Assembly (NCBI RefSeq): GCF_026646375.1
Contig: NZ_JAIPPU010000014.1
Location: forward strand, 11,873 to 75,872
Length of the DNA stretch: 64,000 nt
DNA from: Acetobacterium wieringae
GTDB taxonomy: Bacteria > Bacillota > Clostridia > Eubacteriales > Eubacteriaceae
Direction: 5' to 3'
The notes under the pieces: generated by a model
Database searches by the model: none
Told to the model about the DNA's origin: nothing
The model's input: only the letters and a program-made list of their open reading frames with translations
Part shown: piece after piece, positions 56,905 to 63,601 of the stretch
How the letters are laid out: every line of letters starts with the position of its first letter
Numbering within the stretch: position 1 is the first letter of the stretch
Program-made: the position numbers and the translations under genes

Positions 56905-57177
56905 CTAACTCATCGCCGTTTCGGTTGCGACAAATGCATAATCCACACCAACAATACTTAGGCCACCGGCCGCCTGATCCAATTGATCGTCGCTGATTGG
57001 CTGTTTGTCTTTTGCTTCTTTAAATGCTGCTTTAAATTCAGCTGCCGAGCAGGTATAGCCCAATTTGGCAACAATCACATCAAATTCTGCGCCTGTTTTG
57101 GCTTCATTGATCTGTTTTGCCAAAACCTCATCCGTTAATACTTTTGCCGCCAATGCTCTTGCACCATCGATACTCAT
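56905..57177 (-). CDS. Nif11-leader RiPP precursor peptide 1
   Basis: The 72-aa leader MSIDGARALAAKVLTDEVLAKQ...ISDDQLDQAAGG is Nif11-type with a double-Gly site. The core is LSIVGVDYAFVATETAMS. SD is AGGAGGAAGAAC-ATG. Confidence 0.85.
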   Translation of the reverse strand: MSIDGARALAAKVLTDEVLAKQINEAKTGAEFDVIVAKLGYTCSAAEFKAAFKEAKDKQPISDDQLDQAAGGLSIVGVDYAFVATETAMS

Positions 57178-57326
57178 GTTCTTCCTCCTTTCTCTACTAT
57201 TTCAACTGAATCATGAATTGAGTCAGTTAATTTTAAAAACAGGTAGACAATCACACTGCATTAAAAATTTTACTCGTAATCGCGTCTAATTCAGTCACTT
57301 TTTTATTTATCGCTCCTTATTTTACT

Positions 57327-57395
57327 CCCCTTTAAATTACTGACTCTATCTGAATGATCATATGAGTCAGTAATTTGAAGGGGAAAATCCCCTTC
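57327..57395 (-). promoter_or_regulatory. Two overlapping alternative RNA hairpins downstream of precursor gene 2
   Basis: H2 pairs CCCCTTTAAATTACTGACTC (57327-57346) with GAGTCAGTAATTTGAAGGGG (57364-57383), 20 bp with 1 mismatch. H1 is GAAGGGG-AAAAT-CCCCTTC (57377-57395). GAAGGGG is shared, so the two are mutually exclusive. Confidence 0.5.
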
Positions 57396-57407
57396 GTTGT
57401 TTAATGA

Positions 57408-57680
57408 CTAAGCTCGAGCGGTTTGTGTTGCTGTGAATGCGTAGTCTACGCCAACAATACTTAAGCCACCAGCAGCCTGATCCAGTTGATCATCACTGAT
57501 TGGCTGTTTTTCCTGTGCTTCTTTAAAAGCAGCATCAAATTCAGCTGCAGTACAGCTGTAACCCAATTTTGCGACCACTGCATCAAATTCTGCTTCAGTT
57601 TTAGCACCATCAAGTTGTTTTGCCAAGGCCTCATCGGTTAAAACTTTTGCGGCCAATGCTTTTGCACCATCAATACTCAT
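57408..57680 (-). CDS. Nif11-leader RiPP precursor peptide 2
   Basis: The leader is nearly identical to precursor 1 and ends ...DQLDQAAGG. The core is LSIVGVDYAFTATQTARA. Confidence 0.85.
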   Translation of the reverse strand: MSIDGAKALAAKVLTDEALAKQLDGAKTEAEFDAVVAKLGYSCTAAEFDAAFKEAQEKQPISDDQLDQAAGGLSIVGVDYAFTATQTARA

Positions 57681-57693
57681 GTTCTTCCTCCTA

Positions 57694-57780
57694 AAAAGAT
57701 TTTGGCTAAATCACAAAATGTGTCAGCCAATATTTAAAATTAAATTGATCCCATAGATCAACTAATTTTCCATGGAATTC
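57694..57780 (-). repeat. Duplicated, non-functional copy of the 3' end of rSAM gene B (58111-58197)
   Basis: 81 of 87 nt are identical to 58111-58197 in my manual alignment. The minus strand translates as EFHGKLVDLWDQFNFKYWLTHFVI-stop, versus EFHGKLIDLLDQFDFKYWLTHFVI-stop in the intact gene. Confidence 0.8.
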
Positions 57781-57825
57781 TTCCTGGTTGTGAGCTGAAT
57801 CCCCAGGTCTTAAAACCAATTCGAC

Positions 57826-58095
57826 TCAGGGAACGATTGGTGTCATAACAAACGGGTAGTCGATCCCCACCAATGTTATTCCACCAGCAGCATGATCCAA
57901 TTCCTCATCACTAATCGGTTGTTTTGCTTGTGCTTCTTTAAAAGCGGCCATGAATTCAGCAACTGAACAACTATAACCCCATTTTGCAACAACGTCATCA
58001 AATTCTGCTTCTGTTTTTGTGTCGCGAATCTGTTTTTCCAACACTTCATCCGTTAATACTTTTGCGGCTAATGCTCTGGCACTATCAATACTCAT
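57826..58095 (-). CDS. Nif11-leader RiPP precursor peptide 3
   Basis: Leader MSIDSARALAAKVLTDEVLEKQ...ISDEELDHAAGG. Core ITLVGIDYPFVMTPIVP. Confidence 0.85.
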   Translation of the reverse strand: MSIDSARALAAKVLTDEVLEKQIRDTKTEAEFDDVVAKWGYSCSVAEFMAAFKEAQAKQPISDEELDHAAGGITLVGIDYPFVMTPIVP

Positions 58096-58122
58096 GTCGA
58101 TCCTCCTTTTAAAAGATTTTGG

Positions 58123-59835
58123 CTAAATCACAAAATGGGTCAGCCAATATTTAAAATCAAATTGATCCAGCAGATCAATTAATTTTCCATGGAATTCAGC
58201 CGGATCGTGATACGGGCCACCAAAATGTTCATATAATTCGACTTCGATCTCGGCCAGACTTCTTTTCCCGGCACAACGCAGCAGCAGCTCATACTCCAGC
58301 GGTGATAGCGCCATCCCATCGAGTTTGGGGAAGCCTTCGGTAAAGGTCATCGTGCGCCATAATTCAAAGGTGCGTTGGGGATAATCGCTGGAAAAATCCA
58401 TCGATCCTTCAAAGGCCTGCCCTTCCTTTAAATACAGCACGTAAAAGTATTCATAGGCTCTGGGATTGGCAGCAATTTCCTCAAACCAGCGGCTGCGGAT
58501 GCCATATTTCAGGGCGGCGTTAAATTGCTTTTGCACCACCTCATTTTTTAACGCATGGTTTTTGATTTTATTCTGCATACTTTGGCGGATCACCTTGTTG
58601 AGTTCCTGACGCATGTTCATGATCTGATCCTGCCTACATCCCACTGGAGTGACAAAGGGATAATCATCACCGGACAAGCGGCCCGACTGATCATGCAGTA
58701 CTAAATTAAACTTCTCCGGATTATCCATGATTTCGGTACCCGGATACGCTCTTAAAAAGCCGGTGATGATATCAATGATACCCGGAGCCCGATCGATCAG
58801 CGTTTTTATCAGGGTTGCTGTTGCCCCCGGGCGTTCCGCTGGCCCGCCAACAATAAAATTGGTGGCAATCTGGGTCAGCCCACAATCAGCGGCATAGGTG
58901 ACAAATTCAACGATATCATCAATCTTGACATGCTTGTTATAGGCATCAATCACCTGCTGATCGCCCGACTCAATACCAATCTGCAACCGGATCAGTCCGG
59001 CATCGATCATCGTTGGCAGAATGTCCATCCAGTTTTTGATTCGGCCGACATGGCATTCGCAATACCAGACCAGGTCGCGATCTTTGCGGATTTCCTTCAT
59101 CCCCCGGCAGAATTCTTCAATCCGCTCACGGTTGAGGGTAAAGGCATCGTCCATAATAATAATGTATTTCAAATTTGGGTTATTTTGTAAATTCAATCTG
59201 ATTTCATCGAGTACCAGCGGGATGCTGCGCAACCGCACTTGCTGTTTTCCGGGGCTGGGGGCACAATAGGCACATTGGAAGGGACAACCCCGACCAGTAA
59301 AGATCAGCTTGCCGTAGTCGTGATCACTATGCAGGGAAGCGTGGTAGGCGGGCAACGGCAGCGCATCCAGATCTTTGATAATTTCCGGCGGGGTGACCGT
59401 AAAAACCCCATCCCTGATCATCCCCAGTCCGTTAATCGCCCTTAACTCGCCCTCATCGTTTAACACCGCCTTTAAGAGCATCGGCAGCGACACTTCACCC
59501 TCACCGCTTAAAATATAATCGGCCTGGCTTTCTTTTAGAAATTGCCCATCCAGCCCAATGCTCTGAGGGCCGCCGACGATAACGGGGATCTCCCAGCCGT
59601 TTTTAATTTTTCGGGACAAATCAGCAATCAGCGAAACATTATCAAAATCACAGGAAAAGCCCACAGCATCCGGCTGGTTCTGTTTGACTTGTTCCAACAG
59701 CTCTTCCGGTTTACCATGAAAAACCAGGGGTTCAAAGCCGGCTTCTTCCAGAGCTCCGGCCAGATAAAAGAGCCCCAGATAATCGTGAACCCTAGTTTCA
59801 TATTTCTTTGATACATTGCATAGGAGTATCTTCAT
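58123..59835 (-). CDS. B12-binding-domain radical SAM protein (module B) with RRE-like C-terminal tail
   Basis: CDFDN, IVGGPQS, SGEGEV and GRGCPFQCAYCAPS. C-terminal LSPLEYELLLRCAGKRSLAEIEVELYEHFG. Confidence 0.85.
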   Translation of the reverse strand: MKILLCNVSKKYETRVHDYLGLFYLAGALEEAGFEPLVFHGKPEELLEQVKQNQPDAVGFSCDFDNVSLIADLSRKIKNGWEIPVIVGGPQSIGLDGQFLKESQADYILSGEGEVSLPMLLKAVLNDEGELRAINGLGMIRDGVFTVTPPEIIKDLDALPLPAYHASLHSDHDYGKLIFTGRGCPFQCAYCAPSPGKQQVRLRSIPLVLDEIRLNLQNNPNLKYIIIMDDAFTLNRERIEEFCRGMKEIRKDRDLVWYCECHVGRIKNWMDILPTMIDAGLIRLQIGIESGDQQVIDAYNKHVKIDDIVEFVTYAADCGLTQIATNFIVGGPAERPGATATLIKTLIDRAPGIIDIITGFLRAYPGTEIMDNPEKFNLVLHDQSGRLSGDDYPFVTPVGCRQDQIMNMRQELNKVIRQSMQNKIKNHALKNEVVQKQFNAALKYGIRSRWFEEIAANPRAYEYFYVLYLKEGQAFEGSMDFSSDYPQRTFELWRTMTFTEGFPKLDGMALSPLEYELLLRCAGKRSLAEIEVELYEHFGGPYHDPAEFHGKLIDLLDQFDFKYWLTHFVI

Positions 59836-59850
59836 TTTATTACCCTTTTT

Positions 59851-62800
59851 CTAGAACGGAACAACAAGAAGCCAGTATTTTTTATCAAAAACTTTCAGGG
59901 TTTCAATGATCCGTTCCATTAATTCATCCTGCCCTTCGCCAAATGGTTTACCAAAACGCTCATAAAGCAGCTCGGTCATGGTGGCAATGGTGCTTTTACC
60001 GGTTGCATATTTCATGATTTCATATTCAAAGGGTGATAATGCCTCCCCCCACAACAGCGGATAGCCCTGGGAGAAATCGACATCCCGCCACATCTCAATT
60101 AACCGCTGGGGCCGCCAGTGCGGCAATTCCTGGCGATCCACATCGACAATCCGACTGGCGGCCTCCCGGGCCAGCATCGTGTAATAAGCCGTCAATGTCG
60201 GTTTATGATGGGAAATTATGTTAATCCAATATTTGGGGCCGTTGGCAGCCAGTGATGTTTTATAACATCTTAGAATATCTTCATGACTGAGCTCGCCGTT
60301 ATTCAACATGATTTTGACCTCATCGACAAAACTCTGGAGATATTCCTGATAGGCCCCCATGATTTCCCGACGATCCATGGTTTCACTGTCCATTAGCGGG
60401 TAATCCGAAATACTGCCCAATCCCTGCCGGTCATAAATCGTCAGACCGTATTTTTGGGGATACAGGCCAATATCGGTCATCGGGTAAGGCATCACAATGC
60501 TGGGGGCAATTTCCATCATCCCCGGTCCCAATCGCAGCAGCTTCGCCCCAAAGGCCTTGTTCTTTTCAATATGTTCCCGGTTTTCAATGGGCCCGCCCAC
60601 CAGCAGCGCTCCAAAGACCTGTTGCACCCCGGCATCATAGGCTGCTTTTACGACCGTTTCAACCATTTCCGGGGAAATATTTTTGCGGTAAACTTTGAGC
60701 ATCTCCTTATCCACCGTTTCAATACCAATTTGCAGCCGGTTAAGGCCCGCATCCACCATCGCCTTTAATACTTCCGGTCGTCGGCTTAAGGACACGACAT
60801 CGGCCTCACAATAGAACTGGAAGGGCCGGATTGCCTGCAAGACTTTGGCTTCCCGGCAAAACGCATCCAGCCACTTAGGATTGGTGACCAGGGTATCATC
60901 ACAGAATTTAAAATAACTCAGCTCCGGGTATTTTTGCAGAAAGTACTTCATTTCGGCAATGACGTTGTCCACACTGCGCTGTCGCATCGGCCGTTTTAAG
61001 GCCCCTTCATGGCAGAAGACACAGTGGTAGGGGCAACCCCGGCTGCTCATCAGATAGAGACTGCTAAAATCAATCGGGGTAATGCTTTTATCGTAGGCCG
61101 GGAAAGGCAACTCATCAAGGTTTTCCACCACCGGGCCTTCGCCCATGTCAATTGCCTCACCATGCTCATTAAGATAAAAGATACCGGGAATCCCTACCAG
61201 ACTTCGCTGTTCTTTCAAGGCCGACAGCACCGCCACCATCGCCAGTTCGCCTTCGCCTCTGACAATGGCTTTGGCTTGCGATTGCCGCAGATAATCTTCA
61301 TCCAGAGAAATTGCTTCCGGGCCGCCAATCAGCACCGGAAGCTGATAGGTTTCGGTAATGGCCGCACTGACTTTTTTAACCACGTGCTTGTTTTCAAAAT
61401 CCACCGAAAAGCCGATCCCACAAATCTCATGAAACGGGTAGCGTTTCAGGTAATCGATGGTCTGATCCGGGCGACATTCACAGACAATGGCATCATAGCC
61501 ATTGGCATCGAGATAGCTGGCCAGACCATAAATGCCCAGAAAAGCGCCATTTCGGCTGAAGCCGGCAATTTCCATCCCAATTGTTGATAATTTAAAAAGT
61601 ATAAACTTATTTTTCACGCTGTCCTCCCCGGTTGTTTCCCGAACCTGCCACTGCTGATCAGCTGCCTGGGCGGTCAATGGCCCCGACAACACACACATGC
61701 CGACCTGCTCCAATTTTTTAATCGTCTGCAGCAGATGCGCTTTAAAGGCAGTAAAATTTTCAAAGCTGTGCTGGTATGCCGGGAATAGTATTTCTGCCAT
61801 CTCCAGCATCGATAGTTTTCCGGAGCTGTATTTTAATACTTCAAATTCAAAGGGGGAATAGACAAATCCATTTAATACCGGAATCTCGGCCGCCAGCTCG
61901 GGGGTTAGCGACAGCAGTGCAATCCGCTGGGGATGGGTGGCAAATACCGTCTTCTCGTCATAATCTTTCATCAGCTTGTCGCCCCGGATCCGAGCCTTGT
62001 ACTGAGCATCAAAATAGGGGTAGCGGGAGTAGGCCAGGCCCTGCCACATTCCACTGAGGCCGTATTTTTCACTGAGGGCATAGCTTTTTAGAATCACTTC
62101 GTCGGGGATTTCACCATCACTGAGCATTTTTCGCATCAGCCGGGTATTCATTTCGAAAAATTCATTCCGGGCGGCGCAGATTTCCTCAATACTCAAGGTG
62201 GCGGTTTCAATCACCGGAAAATCCCCCACTGATGTCAGGGCTTCTTTGTCCCTGACACAAATGCCAAAAGCTTCGGGATTTTTGGACATCGCCGTTTCCG
62301 GGAAAGGCATATAGAAGGTGCTGACCACCTCCACCATCCCCCGACCGGCTTTAATCATCTGATTGACGGTATCAAAGGTATAGTCCAGACTCTCCCGGGT
62401 TTCCAGAGCGCCGCCAATAATGATGTTGCCGACCAACTGGGGCAGTCCGGCAGCTTGACAGATTTCAATGACCTCAAAGAGGCCTTCCCGTTTGATCTTC
62501 TTGTTATAGATATCAATAATATGTTGATTACAGCTTTCAATGCCGATCTGCATCCGCACCAGCCCGGCATCGACCATCATTTTGACAATTTCCGGGTATT
62601 TAATGACGATGTTGACATGGGCATCGGCAAACCAGACAAAATCATGCTCCTTCCGCAGCTCTTTTAATTGTTCGCAAAAACTTCGCACCCGTTCCTTATC
62701 GAGGGTGAAGGTATCATCACCGAAAAAGATGTACTTCACGTTAGGGTTTTGTTTCAGCCGACAGCGGATTTCCTGCATCACATTTGCGACACTGCGGCGT

Positions 62801-63441
62801 CTTACATTTTTGCTGTTTCCCCCTTCATAACAAAAAGAACAGTGGAAAGGACACCCTCGTCCTGACATGACTGCCATATGATTGATGCCCTGATGTTGGG
62901 CTGATTTAATTGTCCCGGTAATAATTGGCAGTTCATCAAGATTTTCAATGGCCGGATAAATGCCATTATCATAATAACTGCCATCACTTCGGAGTGAACA
63001 GAGTCCCGGAATACGCTCCCAGTTTTCGATTGCTTCATTTTGCAGGGCATGGATGGCCTCATAAAGTGAATATTCCCCTTCACCCCGCATAATTGCGTCT
63101 GCCTGGCTGGCCCGCAAAAAGGCCTCCCCTAAACCAACGGTCTGGGGCCCGCCTACCAGCACAGTGGCACCGTACCGCCTTTTAATTTCCCGGGAAAAAC
63201 TTTCAACCGCTGACTGATTCTCATAGTCACAGTATAAACCGACCACCGTATTACTATCGGAGCCGGTTGCTGCCAGAAACTCCAGCCCTTTTAACAGCTC
63301 CCCTGAAAAAACCGCCACCTCAATCCCTTTACTGGCCATCATTTCCGCCAGCGACATATGACCAATCGGCTCAATTTGGGTAATCGAATGGGTTCGGGTT
63401 CCGCGATGAATCAGCATCAGTTTCAAGTTGATCGTTTTCAC
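59851..63441 (-). CDS. Fusion of two complete B12-binding radical SAM modules (A1 61618-63441, A2 59851-61617)
   Basis: A1 has CDYEN, LVGGPQT, RGEGEY and GRGCPFHCSFCYEG. A2 has VDFEN, LIGGPEA, RGEGEL and SRGCPYHCVFCHEG. GGAGG lies 6 nt before GTG 63441 (VKTINLKLMLIH...). The 29 extra track codons lack an SD. Confidence 0.85.
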   Translation of the reverse strand: MKTINLKLMLIHRGTRTHSITQIEPIGHMSLAEMMASKGIEVAVFSGELLKGLEFLAATGSDSNTVVGLYCDYENQSAVESFSREIKRRYGATVLVGGPQTVGLGEAFLRASQADAIMRGEGEYSLYEAIHALQNEAIENWERIPGLCSLRSDGSYYDNGIYPAIENLDELPIITGTIKSAQHQGINHMAVMSGRGCPFHCSFCYEGGNSKNVRRRSVANVMQEIRCRLKQNPNVKYIFFGDDTFTLDKERVRSFCEQLKELRKEHDFVWFADAHVNIVIKYPEIVKMMVDAGLVRMQIGIESCNQHIIDIYNKKIKREGLFEVIEICQAAGLPQLVGNIIIGGALETRESLDYTFDTVNQMIKAGRGMVEVVSTFYMPFPETAMSKNPEAFGICVRDKEALTSVGDFPVIETATLSIEEICAARNEFFEMNTRLMRKMLSDGEIPDEVILKSYALSEKYGLSGMWQGLAYSRYPYFDAQYKARIRGDKLMKDYDEKTVFATHPQRIALLSLTPELAAEIPVLNGFVYSPFEFEVLKYSSGKLSMLEMAEILFPAYQHSFENFTAFKAHLLQTIKKLEQVGMCVLSGPLTAQAADQQWQVRETTGEDSVKNKFILFKLSTIGMEIAGFSRNGAFLGIYGLASYLDANGYDAIVCECRPDQTIDYLKRYPFHEICGIGFSVDFENKHVVKKVSAAITETYQLPVLIGGPEAISLDEDYLRQSQAKAIVRGEGELAMVAVLSALKEQRSLVGIPGIFYLNEHGEAIDMGEGPVVENLDELPFPAYDKSITPIDFSSLYLMSSRGCPYHCVFCHEGALKRPMRQRSVDNVIAEMKYFLQKYPELSYFKFCDDTLVTNPKWLDAFCREAKVLQAIRPFQFYCEADVVSLSRRPEVLKAMVDAGLNRLQIGIETVDKEMLKVYRKNISPEMVETVVKAAYDAGVQQVFGALLVGGPIENREHIEKNKAFGAKLLRLGPGMMEIAPSIVMPYPMTDIGLYPQKYGLTIYDRQGLGSISDYPLMDSETMDRREIMGAYQEYLQSFVDEVKIMLNNGELSHEDILRCYKTSLAANGPKYWINIISHHKPTLTAYYTMLAREAASRIVDVDRQELPHWRPQRLIEMWRDVDFSQGYPLLWGEALSPFEYEIMKYATGKSTIATMTELLYERFGKPFGEGQDELMERIIETLKVFDKKYWLLVVPF

Positions 63442-63552
63442 TATGTGCCTCCAGTTCAATTTATTCACTTTATTTGTATTGTATCCGCATTTTCGTAATT
63501 TTTTATTCACAGTGTATTCTTTTTTCACGGTTTTGTCTATTGCTTTTTTGTT

Positions 63553-63586
63553 AAAACCGCTGCACTTTTTAGTTTCAGCTGGTTTT
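63553..63586 (-). terminator. Weak terminator-like hairpin between the GNAT gene and the RiPP cluster
   Basis: AAAACCGCTG / CAGCTGGTTTT (one bulge). On the minus strand the stem runs into UUUU. Confidence 0.4.
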
Positions 63587-63601
63587 CAAAATTTCTGACT
63601 T

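Noticed and set aside
57178-57407. Additional mini-ORFs between the precursor genes (for example a 15-codon GTG ORF after AAGGAG, and a 9-codon ATG ORF)
   Set aside because: They are too short, show no similarity to the Nif11 precursors, have poor SD spacing (14 nt), and lie within the hairpin module.
61009-61587. 192-aa plus-strand ORF, and several 60-100-aa ORFs, opposite the rSAM genes
   Set aside because: Antisense shadows. The minus-strand frames contain complete B12-like and CxxxCxxC modules.
63442-63528. 29-codon N-terminal extension (MKKEYTVNKKLRKCGYNTNK...) of the fused rSAM ORF
   Set aside because: There is no SD before the ATG at 63528, whereas GGAGG-6 nt-GTG at 63441 gives an N-terminus that aligns with the other modules. 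The extension is Lys/Asn-rich AT-rich leader sequence.
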